Shown here: in pieces, positions 1 through 13,469 of the stretch
How positions within the stretch are numbered: the first letter of the stretch is position 1
How the letters are laid out: each line of letters opens with the position of its first letter
NCBI GenBank assembly: GCA_904063045.1
Contig: CAJFCJ010000022.1
Location: forward strand, 186,001-250,000
DNA length: 64,000 nucleotides
Reading direction: 5' to 3'
DNA from: Dimorphilus gyrociliatus
Lineage: Eukaryota > Animalia > Annelida
Program-made: the position numbers and the translations under genes
Notes under the pieces: model-generated
Databases searched by the model: none
Seen by the model: only the letters and a program-made list of their open reading frames with translations
What the model was told of the DNA's origin: nothing

Positions 1-1853
1 TCCACAGCCCATCAATTGGTAAAAATATCCAATATATGCTGTTTAAGGCAATTCTTTACGCAAAAAAAAACAGACGAAAATCCTTGCCTTTTTTTTGCTA
101 TTTCAATTGTGTTTACGTTGGAAACCGTGGAATAGGCTTACATTTTATTGATCAAAATTTGTGTTTCCATTAGAGATCAATATTATTTGTATTTAAATAA
201 CCGTCTGCTATTTTTTTTAATCCTAAATATATGCATACCAATGTACTAAAAATACAGTGTACAGTGTAAATATAAAGCATGTATCACCTCATCAGGTATG
301 ACCTTCCCCAGCTTTCTCACTCGACAAAAACACTCAGGTCTAAACGCCACTACAATAATATTTGCTTTATTCTTTTTAAAATATGATTTATAAAGATATA
401 ATTATAAAAAGGAACAGAGAGTAAATAGTCCTAAAGTTGATAATCAACTTTCTAGAAGGAGAGGGAAAGGGGAAAGGGGGATGGGGGAGAAAGGAGAGTA
501 TTTTTTTTCTCATTAGTAAATTCTTTTCCTCTTTTTAGTCTACGAATATGGGTTAATAAAAAAAGCTTTTTCACCTTAAATAATTAGAAATATGGCATTA
601 CTATAGGTATAAAAAGCTTTTATAGTTGGATTATGAACAGCCTATTTGCCTAATAAGACACAACTAAATGAATAAATATGACAGAAATTGATACTTTGAG
701 GAAGAGTCTTGAATTTGATTTGCATAAAATTCTTTATTAATTCACTTACAAGTAATTTCTACATTTTTTATACAATATATAGAATATACTTGAATATATA
801 ATCATAAATATACGAATTGATCGTATTTTATTTATAATGTTTTTATTAAGAGAGAAAGAGGAGAAGAAGGAATTCTCTCTCTAAATTCTTTAGAAAAGTT
901 TCATTTAAGAATAGGTAGAAGGCAAACGTGTCTCTCTACAATGATAAGATAAGAAAGGGTAAAGAGAAAAATATGTTAATAACAAGCCTTATTAGAAATA
1001 TCTCATAGATATAAGAGAGTATAATAATATCCTTTTTTTTGCTGCCCTTCGCTTTGCCACGAGAAAAAAGGAACATATTGTTATTGGTTGTATTTATCTA
1101 TGCAGTATGTATTTCATAATCTATTAAATAGTGTTAAAAACGCTATCTATTTGTGTAAATAAAGATATATATATATATATTAATTATTTAACTAGTTCAA
1201 ATCCTTAGTTTTATCTTGACATATTCAAACTCATTTGATTATCGATAGGGTTTATAAAGAAATATTTTCAGTTTTCGATTCCATTTTATCATATTTTTTT
1301 TAGGCTTTTCCCTTCTAAAATTTTTTAATAATACTCTTGTAGTTCTTCTATTCAATTTTCAATATAAACTTCTAATAAACCATACTTTTGAACGCTTATA
1401 ACAAAAAAAAATACAAACTAAAAAAGACAGATATTACATTAGAAAATGCTGTGTAAAAATTTAATTGACAATACTTAAACAGTCGTTTCAGTTGAACAGT
1501 CTTATTTCAGTTTCTCATCAGTTTATGTGGAAGAGTAGTAATGGTAGCGAAGAAGAAGTAGTTGTAGTGGGAGGAAGAAGAGAAGGAGCAGTAGGAAGAG
1601 GAGGACAACTTCAAAAATGAGGAGAGTGTTGAGTAAAAAATTAAAATGTAGATATATACAGAAAGAGGGAGAGAGAGAGAGAGAGAGGGATGAACTGGTA
1701 GATAGAGATAGTTGACCACAAATATTATATGAATAAACTAAAAAGACGCCAGACTAAACAAAGATACATTAGCGCTAATCCAAAATGAAACTTTAACACC
1801 AACATGATATTCGTTTTTCGTGAAAGATTTGAAATACTTTTTGGATTCCTCCA

Positions 1854-3377
1854 TCATGCATTGTACGGTTCCGGTAATTGTTCTTTGCAGGTTAATATTC
1901 CCAAAATAAACTTGATCCCTTTCCTAAAATCATCATCAAGTGTTATGTAAACAACAAACTTCCATAGACAATTACCAATAGCCAACCACATTAAGTAAAA
2001 ATGCAGTTTTCCAGAAGCTTCTTCTCCACCTGGCAGCGTGGACGAATGAATATATAGAGCAAACTATTGGTTAATTGGAAAAAGAAGTTTGGTGGACTGA
2101 ATTTTTCCCCGAGTATTAACATATATAATCTATATGATTTATAGATTGATTATTTAAAATTATCCTATATAGATGTTATATTTGATGGATTTTCCATTAA
2201 GAAAGGAATGACGCAGAGAATATGTAACGTTCCTTGATAATAAAATGTTTCTTATTATTTTACTTTGAATTATTTACTTGTATATAGTCATATTAAACAA
2301 ATAGAAATCGCACGATTTATAAAAAAAGATTGAGCTATGAAGAAGAAGACGGAGAAGTTGATGAAGAGGAAGACGAAGAAGAAGTGAAGGAGAAAAAATG
2401 TTGTAAAACGTTGAAAAATTTGAAAGGGAAAAATGTGTTATCTTTACATTTTAACCTGATCTTTACGAGAGGAATATTTTGTAACAAAAAGGTTAAAGAA
2501 TTGGCTAGATGCCCGAGATAAAGTGTTCCGAATTTGATTTCTAGTTTGCCTTCTCCCCTTTTATTCTCTACCCTTAATCCCTCCCATCATTGATTTTCAT
2601 TCTAGGGGATTATATCGTTCATTCGTCCAAGCCTATGTGTTCATACAACTGCAAAGTGCACCAAGGTATCCAGGACACAAAAAATAGCAGACATAAAGCA
2701 GCGGAAATTGCATATTTTTGCGGTCGTTTCGCCATTTGCGGTATTTTTGAACAAACCCTCTGAGCTAATCTAAAATGTCTTGACCAGAGGAAAGAATTTG
2801 TAACGGCTAGAGCGGCAGTAGGTGGTGTAATCACTAATAAGCCAGACGCTATAAAGTATGCTTTTTGCATTTTCCAGTCAATTAGGCAAATAAAGGCATC
2901 AGGGTAATAGGTTGCTCTGGAAACTCCAAATAAAGGTGGGCAACAAAAACTAAAAGCCGCTATCCAGACAAACATAACCCAACATCGACTTCTCATATCA
3001 GTCATGATTACTCCGTATCTATCCGGTTTATTAACGGCGACGTAATGATCAATACTCATCCACATAAGAGAGTATAGAGAGGCCAGCCAACATATAGCAC
3101 ATAGATAACTTTGTATATGACAAAATGCTGCTCCATATAACCATCCTTGAAATATTCCGTTCCAAGTGACAAATGGAGAAATGATAAAGGATATTAAAGC
3201 ATCGGCTATGCTCATTGAAGTAAAGAAATTACGATTCACGGCTGTAACACCTTCCGATTTGAAAAGAACTAATAAAATAATACAATTAACTAACAATATT
3301 CCTAAACTCATTGCCGTAGAAATAAAGCACTGAAAGTTGAAGATTGGATGGTTAATATCTGTAGTATTACCGGCCAT
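1854..3377 (-). CDS. Orphan rhodopsin-like (class A) GPCR, GPR21/GPR52-like invertebrate type; 2 exons 3377-2633 and 2029-1854 (306 aa)
   Basis: The ORF has TM1-TM6 (SIADAL; WMSIDHY at the DRY position; CCPPLFG; CLIDW; SWIPW) but stops before TM7. A second exon read by hand encodes GGEEASGKLHFYLMWLAIGNCLWKFVVYITLDDDFRKG...PYNA*, i.e. TM7 plus helix 8. The join that best restores the loop uses a GC donor at 2632 and the AG acceptor at 2030. Family name is inferred from motif memory. Confidence 0.85.
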
Positions 3378-5524
3378 CTTCGCCTGCAAAACGCCGACTG
3401 CCGTAATAAAAAAACCGCTAAGACCGTAGGCCTACTATGATCGATTTTCTCCCCTGTTTGATTTGTAAAAGAGATCCTAAATGTAACAAGTACAGACTCT
3501 GATATCATAATAAAAAAAATGATTGTTTAATTTACAAGTGATAAATTAGAAAGTAGAAACAAGATAAAAATAGCCCCTAAAAGACAATTTAGTAAAAAAA
3601 AATCGACGTTTATCACTCATATCATGTAAGCAGAACTGCAAAGAAGAGAAACAGAAAACACAGTATGGAATAAGGGATAGAGAAGAGGCAGAAGAAGAGG
3701 GAAAAAGAGGAAGAAAAATTACTAAAAATGAAATAAGACAAAGGAAGAGACGACAAAAATTAAACTAGTTTTTTTTATCTTTCTGTACCTGTCTAATTTA
3801 ATTAGCCGTCACCTTATATTATGTTTATTACATGTTTCTTCCTATTTTTATTAATATTATTATTGTGATCATTACTATTGATTAAAGGAGGTAATAAAAG
3901 AGTCATGTATGTCAAATGATACGTTAAAGCTAAGAATGACCAAGGAAAACTGGACTTTGAATTCTTATGTAATAAGAGTAAAAAAAGAATATCAAGATAG
4001 ATTCAGTATATACAGCTATATATAAATATGCATATATATATACCGCACATGCCGTATACACTGAATATACTAATATATAAACATAAATACACTGCATATA
4101 GCGGAACCTTCTATATCTATTAGAAATTTCATTCCCTGCTATGCCTTCTTCTTTAGAAATACTAGGAAGGCAGCTGCTCCATTCAATAATACTTTCGTAT
4201 AAAATTACACTAACATCTAGCCCCTGCCAAAAATATACGCAATAATATTTATCTGTACCTTAGGTCTATATCTGGAATCTTTCTCTCCCTCTATTGGAGA
4301 GAATAGAACTGAATTTATTACCCAATCGACGATATTGTACTTTTTAAATATTAACTGACACAGAAGTGTAGAGTATGATAGCCATTTATCGTTTGATATG
4401 ATTCCCTCTTGTCTAACTTTCCTACCTACCTACATTAGATAATATACTATGGTTTACTCAGCACATGCTCTTTTATATTAATTTACTCATCCCATTAATA
4501 TTTCCATATTTAGTTCCCTTTTCTTTCAAAGGAACTAAGACAAACTAAATTCACAATTTCATCAATAATTTCTATAGAAAATGTAAAAAATTATAATAAA
4601 GGGAAAAGAGGCCTAGATCTTTATGCAAATCTTTCAAGTTGAAGACAACTATTTTCCTATAAAATGCAGTATATATAGTTGATGAATGTCTTATTAAACG
4701 ATTAATCGACGAGAAAATGTATATAATGAAATATCTTTAAGTTAACCTTCTTGTTTTTTATGAGTATAGAGAGTACAATAGTTTATAAATGAAGGAGAAA
4801 AAAAATATCGTTCTTAATAGGTTTGTATATAAAAACATTTCCTACCAATTAATTCAATTATACTGTAGCCTATTTACAGTATAATCCATATAAATTTAAA
4901 AAGCAATATATATGATTTTTCTTGGAAATTTTTACTTGGTACTTTTTCAATACTTAATAAAATTATCTAACTTGTGATATTCTATGCAATATAAGCTATA
5001 TATATATATATAAACAGTATACATGATTTATTATGTTAAATAACTCTTCAAATTATCATTAATATTACTGTTAACTATCTCATTCTAATTTAGCTGGTCT
5101 AATTGATCGAAGGATGGGGGAAAAGACTAAGATTAATTTGTATGCGATATGTATAATGGAATGGTATAAACAAGTAGAGCTTTAAAGTACACAATATTTA
5201 AAGCTACTCCTAATATACTAGTCTATTATTAATATATTAAGTCATTGTTGTTTTTTATTTTTAAGTATTGCTATTAAAATACATTTTGATAAGGAAATAG
5301 GGCGGCATGAATTCTATTGAATATATTAACACAATTTCGTTCTTGTTCATGTTCTTCTTCTTCTAATAATGATGAGTAAGACGGAATATATTCCATAAAT
5401 ATGAAAAAATAGAATAATCACGTTCTATCTAAATAATCATTTAAATGTTTCTGATATAATGTTTTTATTTTTCCTTATTAATTCACTGATGGTGCTTTTA
5501 TATTTTTTCTCTCTTTTCCTCTTC

Positions 5525-7616
5525 CTATTTCCCCTTCTTCCTCTTCATCGTCGTCATTTCTTTCTTTCCCTTGTTCCTCTTCCACCTCTTCTCCTTCTTC
5601 TCCTTCTTCTCCTTCTTCTTGTTCTGTTAATTATATAACACTTTACGAGTTGTCATTTTTAATTCTAACATACCCTTGCTTTTTTTAATATCGAAATGTA
5701 TTGAAGATACTTGAGAATCTCCCAGTTTTCTTGTCAACCGTGAGAGGAATTTCCAGGTCCATAAACCCCTCGCTGCTCTATAATACAGTATAAAAAGGGT
5801 TGTCAATGAAATAGCAATAAAAGCCAGTATAACAATTAGAGCTATTGCTGTTTGAAATTGAAGAACAAAAAGCGTATTATCTAATTAATTCAACTTTAAA
5901 ATACGACAGCTAACCTGTTTGAAAATAGCTCGACTTTTGATCTTTATTTTTTCTTTCATAAGAACATATTAAACTGTTTGGATCGCAAATTTCTGTTATA
6001 AATAAAGGCATAGTCTTTATAAAGAATATATTAGAATTATAAAAGGTTTATATTTGTATTTCGCAATATTACCGACTAAGCATAAAATATTATTCAATTC
6101 AGTACATTCGGCTGTTTTACACTTTCCATTTTCAAGGATAACGCATTTTTTAAAATTGTCAATTTCCGGTTGGCAAACATCCCATTCGCATTGGCCGCCC
6201 ACGTAATAATCACTTTGGCATTTGCATTTCCATTTTTGTTTTACAGCATCTATCCAAATCTCGGTATTGGACGGTAAAACATTTTTAACCTTGGCTTTTT
6301 CATTGCAATTTATAAAACTCGGCAATCTTGAATTGCTTGAAAGACATCTATAATTAGCCTCGTACCAATCAACTGGAGTATCATGATAATAAAATCCAGC
6401 TATGATATTACAATGATTAAACGATGGATTTGATGAAATGTTATTATTTTTTTTTTACATTTATGCTACATTAGAAACTAGATTATATACGAACTGGAAT
6501 TAATGCAGACAAACTTCTTTTTATCACCGCAAACGCAATTCGTATCGGACAGAGAGAAATCGTCATCTTCTTTGGCGAATGCGCAACTTTTAATGTTATT
6601 GTTTAAAGGCTGACCCATCTTCCATTTTATTTCTCTACAACTTGCTGTATATTACAAAACGTAGGCTTACAGGAATATTTCTAAATACATTTTACTTAAA
6701 TCAATTATATAATTACAATAAATGAAATATAAAACTCTTTAATATTATATAATAATTTACCTACTATCGTAATTGGAATAGACAAAATTATAACCGTTTC
6801 CTCCGCAATTCGATCCATCTCGACATTTAATCGTGCATTTATCAGCTGAGGATCCGTAACTACCAAAAGAATTACCACAATAGCAAATATTTATAACCTT
6901 TTTATAAATGGAAAAAGATGATAATTATCCTTATTATAAATGTAAATGGCAAAAGAGAATTGAAAAGATATTTACTCCATCGAATTGAATGCCGCTATAG
7001 AAATAACCTCTTCCGTTACTGGATACTGGATATTTAGAGCAAATCTCCGAACAAGATTTTTCATTTATATACAATGAAATTAGAGGTGACCTCACATCTA
7101 AATCGCTAATTATTGAACTGTCGCCATAGCATCCTTGTTGAAAGAGTTTTTTTGTACCTTCAGCTAAAAGAAACATGGACCCTTTTAATTTTTATATCAT
7201 AAATATATACAATATATAATAGTAGTTTAATTACAATTCGTCCAAATAGAATTCTGATCATCCGCGACGATATTAGTCCAAAAAGATCCACCAAATGACG
7301 ATAAATTCTTAAGCAACTCTCCGTGCGGTTGATGGCAAAATTCAGCTACAATACTCTTCGACCATTCTTTACCGAGGTTGGCACAAAAGTCCCTTTGATT
7401 ATTACAACTCGACGGAATTTTTGTAACGATTTTATAGCAGTACTTTAAACCATCTAAATGAACAAGAGAACCTCCTTGCCTTTGACATTCTTCCACAGTC
7501 ATGTCATCTCTTGTGCATTCTTTGGTATCACAAAAATTTTGGCTAATTGTATCAATTTTCATAATTGAAATAAACAGATAAACTAACGAAAAATTCAATA
7601 AAATTGAATATTTCAT
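5525..7616 (-). CDS. Type-I membrane protein: signal peptide, C-type lectin domain interrupted by a WSC domain, second C-type lectin domain, TM helix, acidic tail (about 8 exons)
   Basis: Hydrophobic N-terminus; CYK...C...FWT..W (CTL first half); GCYGD...C..IC...YSGIQ...CYCGNS...C.IKC...CGG (WSC); WKMGQP..SCAF...D.NC...FVC (CTL second half); DWYEANYRC...EIWID...CVIL...C...LC (CTL 2); TM TAIALIVILAFIAISLTTLFILYY at about 5770-5850; last exon EQEEGEE...KGK*. GT-AG junctions are phase-consistent. Confidence 0.8.
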
Positions 7617-8224
7617 TGCTACTGTGATAGTAATTGAAAAAAATATTATCTCTTTCTCTCTCCCTCTCTCTCTCTACTCCCTACGGTCACGACGTTTTTC
7701 TCGATAAACAACGAAATTCATGCCGTCGTCTAGTTAAAACTTCTTATTTTGTTTTCTTTTGTACGAATTTATCAGCTAATAGTAAACTTTCAAAAGAGAA
7801 GGAATGAAAAATGAAAGTCACGTGACTTTATGAAATCCTAATATCTTAGTATATTATAAACAATTGTTAAGAAATTGTTAGTTTAAATAAGAAATCTAGG
7901 GAAATATTCTATTCTATTATGATTAAATTAATAGTATAAATCTTCGACACATTCAAATTCGATCCTTATTTAAATAAGGAGAAATTCCAAGACTAAAATG
8001 TTATTTATAAATAGAATATTTGAATAAAATATATAAGCATATAATATATTAGTACTAATATGTTTTATATTCGTTCTATATATATTCTGTATAACCAAGA
8101 TTTAAGTATTTCAATAAAAATTGAATTTTTATACTCTACAGAGGAAGAGAAGCAATAGTTTTCGTTTTTTGTTTATTTATTTACTAATTAAACTAATTAC
8201 AAAACAATCTTCTAAAGAGCTTTT

Positions 8225-9904
8225 CTAATAAAGAATATCTGCTTCTATACTTTGTTCGTTTAATGTAGCTTGGTAATAGTCGTCTTCTTCGCTATATATC
8301 GATTCTAAATCTATATCTTTATCTATTTCTTTTGGTCTTATTCCCTCGTCGACTTTTTCGTCTACGGCAATTGTTTGTTTTCTTATCTCTTCACCCTCTT
8401 CGGCCATTCCCATGAACGTTCGGTAGAGCTTGAAAGTATCTGTTGTTGACAATGTTACTCTACCACCTCCCTCTCTATGAGAAGTTCTCATTACCGTTTC
8501 AAGTAGTTTCCTCCTTTCTGGAGTAACTTCTAAATCAATATCAATGAGTCTCGTTACAATTACAGATGATTTCTTAAAAAGGTTTTCACTTCCCTCTATC
8601 GGAACGACTCTTTCACATCGAACTTTAACCTTTGTAATGAATGAAAAGGAAAGGCCATAAAAGCTAAATTGAAACGAGGAAGAGGAAGAAAAGTGCTTAC
8701 CTGTAATTTTGCTATACCGTTTTCAAAGCATAAATCTACCTTTTCAGAAACAGTATCAAAATTCAATAAGGGATCGAACGAAGATACGGAACCAGTTATC
8801 TCTTCTTCTTCCCTCTCGACGTTAATAGACTGCTTTATACTAGTCGACGGAGCACCGTATAAAAGTCTTAGAATCTCTTGCCTTTCAGTATTCGATGGGT
8901 TGATAGGACTAGCTTTTGGAAGAAAGGAATTCCAATTATCGCTTAAATTATATTCAGAATTTTCTCTGTCTTCAGTAGAAGAATTTACGAAATCTACAAC
9001 ATCGCTAGACCTTCTTTTGACGATAATCTTAGTATTCTTCTTCATTGAAGGTTTCTTATTTATTCGTATATTCTTTGTGATAGTTTCCGTTTTAGTTTGA
9101 GAGTTATCAAACTTTCTAAAGGAGCTATTCTGACTTCCAAAACTTTCAGTTAAATTCATATTGCGATTTACCATTATTGGTTCATTTATTTGAACATTTT
9201 TAACAATTTTTCCACTTTTCATTTCATTGCTGCTATTAAAATTACTGCTGTTTACCGTATTAAATTTGCTTGTACTTTCTATGTTATTTGGACAATTAAC
9301 CCGTAATTTTTGATTTATATGCATTTCAATTGTTGGTGGTATACCAGTGTAGGCGTGAGGTGCTCCTTTATTCATTTCAGTAATATGAACATTTCTCTCC
9401 TTCAATAGTGTTTTTTATTGAAAAACGATTATAAGCCTTATATTCATAAAACGTTTAATAGATACTTACGTGAATATTTTCACTCTCATTTGCTGGAAGT
9501 CGATTTAGCTCGTTCGAACTTGTAACATATACAACATTCGACCCATATTGCTGTGATTGTCTGTTTGTTGAATCCCTTGATGAGATTGGCCGAAAATTTT
9601 GCCCATTGATGCTATTCTGCAAATTGATACTTTGCAATTGATTCTGTTGTAAGTTGTCCTGATTAACTGAATGATTGGGTATAGATCCAGAAGCGAACAG
9701 TTGAAAGGGAACTTCAACTTTGTATTCGCCATTTTCTCTCCAAGCATTAGTGCCTTTTTTCTCAATTCTTAGCTGCGACGTCGAACTAGCCGGAATATCC
9801 GAAATAATTTTTGTACTTGAACTAGATAAACTTTTAGTAACAGGTTGAAAAAGAAACGCTTGATGTAAACTATCTCTATTGGTATTCGTTTGAAATTGAT
9901 CCAT
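8225..9904 (-). CDS. Uncharacterised protein, long S/N/Q-rich region plus a compact C-terminal domain; exons 9904-9470, 9399-8701, 8629-8225
   Basis: Three long ORFs join in phase 0 through GTAAGT/AG and GTAAGC/AG introns (435+699+405 nt). Extra 5' exons are possible. Confidence 0.75.
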
Positions 9905-12468
9905 AATAACCTCTATTAAAACTATTATACCTTATCTATTTTGCAGTTATTCTTATATTTTATAACTTTTTGCAGTAGAATAAGGTAAAGTTAAAAAAAC
10001 AATATCATAATAACAAAGAAAAAAAATAAAGAGTAAAGACTTATTCCTTTCTCTGATAGTTTAAATATGAAAAAAAAATTCAATTAAAGCGAAAATTTCT
10101 TCAAGTTTTTATGTAAATTAGCAAATGTTTATTTAAGGATATCACATACCTGTAAAAAAAAAGAAGAGTGCCCTGAATACAATGATTTAATCAATATTGA
10201 TTATTGAAAAAAAAACTTTTTAAATATAATTCAAAGTAATAAATCTTTTGGCAAAAAACTTTAGAAAAAAGTTCTTAAAAAGTATTATCTTTTTTTTTAT
10301 AAAAAAAAAATAACAAAAAACAAATAATAACAAAAAAGTTAATAGCACTGAAGGAAAGTAACCATATTTTAGATGAAATTATTATTATATATATATATAT
10401 ATACAGTATAGAAATATGTTAAAAATTTTCTTAAGTATTCTAAATTTACATAAAAAATTATTAATATATCTATATATATATAATTATAGAAATCCCATTT
10501 TAATTATATATTAAGCAACTTATCAAATATTGAACAGGTATATCTACTCTATAATAAATAACGCAATAACAATATAGCTTGTATTGAACAAAGCTAACTT
10601 TGTACTAGAAATGAAAAAAAAAAGTACTAAAGAAAAAAAAATATGCTTAATTTGCTATAAATGAAATAGTTTAGCTAAAAACTTTGACGTATTTTCTACT
10701 TTCTTCTTCCCTAAACTAAACGAATGACTGTTCACCAGCATATATTTAATGATAAAGAGAATCTATTATAAATAGATAGGGCTATTGGGAAATTTTACTA
10801 AATAACATTAGTATACAGTATATCTGTATTTCAACCTTTTTATATCGATTAATTTATTGAAAAGATGTTTTTTTTTATTTTTCTTATCATCCATATCTTA
10901 TTGATGATTTTATTGATTTTTCAACTAGCTCGACTTTTACACAATAAAATATACATTCTCTTTCATTTCGAAATAACCAAATATATTATAATGAAAACCA
11001 GTGAGTCATTGAACTTTTATGTTTGCTAGGATTTGCCTACGGTGCTTATTTTCATTCTATATTATTAAACCTTTACACTCATTATAAAGTTCGCTGTTAA
11101 TTGTACAATCTCATTAACTAATGAATCATCTATACTTTTCCAACTGCAAAACAACGTGGTTTATTTATTTCCTAAAGACACTTGCCAATTGCTGTTTTAA
11201 TCGTTTATTTCTTCTGAAAAGTTCACAAATTAGTTGGATATATTACGTGTTTTACACTTCGTATAAAAATCCAATTCGAGTGTCCCGTGTATTGCTTTCA
11301 GAAAAAAAAAACAGCAAAACTGTTTACGACGTAGAGTGCTATTTTCAGTATAACAGTAAAAGATTGTTCAGTAAGAAAATTGGTAACAAAATTTTAACTA
11401 CAGTTGTAAAAATATATTTCTTTCACAAAGGCTATCATTGATAACAGGTCGACGAGATGAAAAGGTGACTGATTAAATATATTATCTTAGCAAGTTAATT
11501 CTGGAAATTCTGTTGTTCGTCTTATCAACAAAAATGAATCGATTCTAATACAAAACACCTTATACATTACTATAAACGATTCTTTATATTATGATATTTA
11601 TTGCAAGCAAAAACTTAGCTGTTAATTATTTATTAATCAATCAATAGATCTACGCTCCTGCAAGATTTCTTTCTATTAGGGAGAAAAAACGGTTCATATC
11701 AATGCAACTAACTTCTCTTATCTAACAAATTATTGCTCAGTAAATGGGTCATTCATTATAAATAGCTGAAAGGATGACGAAAGGAAGAGAATACAAGACA
11801 AATGCTCGACAGGATTGTTGAACTTTTGGCAAAGGTCTTCTAGTATAATCCTATAATTAACTTATCTATAGTTATGAAAAGAATTGAATATATACAGTAC
11901 AAATATCTAATTCAGTTAAATAACTTATCAACAGTTTCTATACAGATATACATTAAATTTTAACCTTGTTCTTTCTCAAACTACCTAATGAAACGCCTTT
12001 CAGAAATTTAATTCCTTAAATTCACCCACTTTCAAGACAAAATCCTCTACTTTCTATTTCATAAATATACACGAATCAATACCCAAATATGCTGATTATG
12101 CTAACTCGTATATTGTGTATAAAACAAACTAAAAGATACTATTTATTCAGCTTTGTATAAATCTTAACGTAAAGAGCTTGAAACAAAAAAGAGATTTTAT
12201 GAATGAAAAGCAACTTCTGAGATGCTCGATTAAATAATTAAAACAAGATGTTACTTGTATAGTATTTTTCATATACATATTTAACAGTAATTAAACATTT
12301 CTACTAAAGGAATATACATATTTTGAACACACAATCATACACATAGCATTTACTTCTACTTCTTTAACACCTACGATATATAGGTGGGAACACATGATAA
12401 TAGTTATTATCTTTGAACAATGCTCATGAATAAACTGGGAAGTTCGTATTAACTCTTGTTCTGCAGTC

Positions 12469-13439
12469 TTATTTATCGATAGACTCAAAATCTATAACGA
12501 TCTGCTTCCTCTTTAATTTAAATTGCCTGAAAGATTTAGAAATAATAATTAAACGGCGGTAGACACTTCTCTTTCTATTAAATTAGCCTATATATTCTCT
12601 CAAATTGTAATTTTTACCTGAATTTTACTTTTGCCATATCTAATAGTCTTCGTGACGCTATCATTTCTGGCCTATCATGATATTTATCAGACATATAAAT
12701 TACCTACAAAAGAAAGATTTTCAGTTAGCACACCTTGGCTAAACATATATCAAGATAATGATTGTTCAAAGACTTTTAAAAAAAACGAATTAAAAACACC
12801 TCTTTAATTCCTGATTGAATAATTAATTTTGCGCATTCATTACAAGGAAATAAAGCTACATAGATTGTACAGTTGTTGACATCTGACGAATTCTTATTGA
12901 GAATAGCATTCATTTCAGCATGACAAACTAGATAAAGTGAAAAAGAAATAAGAATTTTTTGATTAAAAAGTCAAATAATCTAAACCGTATGGATATTTCG
13001 TGTCTAAAGTATCTTCTGCAATCCTATTCCAAGGTAGTTCGTCATCACTGCATCTATTTGGCATTCCATTATAACCAATACCGACTATTTTGTTCTCATC
13101 GTTAACGATACATGCCCCAACCTAGAGACATCAAATTTGAATAGCTTAGGAATTGATTAAAAATACATATTTGTTCAAATTTTAATACTTGCGATGACGG
13201 ATCCTTACTTCTTTGGGCTGATAAGAAGCTTATTGCCATAAAGTACTCGGACCATTCTAAATAGTCGTCTCTTTTAGAAATTTTTCTGTACAAAATATTT
13301 TATTATCGCTCAAAAAAAGATTTATCAATTATTTCAGCAAACAACGCAATTAGACAATTTGTCATTAATTGTATATTATTCTTTAAACCAGCGTGCCTTA
13401 CTTTATCGAATTTCCATTTACTTTTGGTTCAGAATTCAT
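12469..13439 (-). CDS. DCTD: dCMP deaminase; 6 exons 13439-13402, 13285-13189, 13121-12986, 12927-12800, 12703-12618, 12526-12469 (180 aa)
   Basis: [36 protein letters not shown]...IGYNGMP...PW...[15 protein letters not shown]...[27 protein letters not shown]; HAE and PCxxC zinc motifs; exon lengths sum to 543 nt. Confidence 0.97.
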
Positions 13440-13457
13440 GTTTAGAATTAGATTGGA

Positions 13458-13469
13458 TTTGGCGGGAAA
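13458..13469 (+). promoter_or_regulatory. E2F-like site TTTGGCGGGAAA just upstream of the DCTD start codon, within the divergent DCTD/bZIP promoter
   Basis: Sequence match to the E2F consensus about 20 nt from the ATG; fits an S-phase nucleotide-metabolism gene. CCAAT-like boxes are nearby. Function is inferred. Confidence 0.55.

Noticed and set aside
2330-2521. Acidic 63-aa plus-strand ORF
   Set aside because: Low-complexity GA-rich tract inside the GPCR intron; TTG start and no splice context.
8669-9100. 143-aa plus-strand ORF
   Set aside because: Antisense shadow of the minus-strand exon 9399-8701.
13391-13400. TAAGGCACGC, the first 10 nt of miR-124 (minus strand)
   Set aside because: It is the start of a DCTD intron; the match ends after 10 nt and no precursor hairpin is visible.
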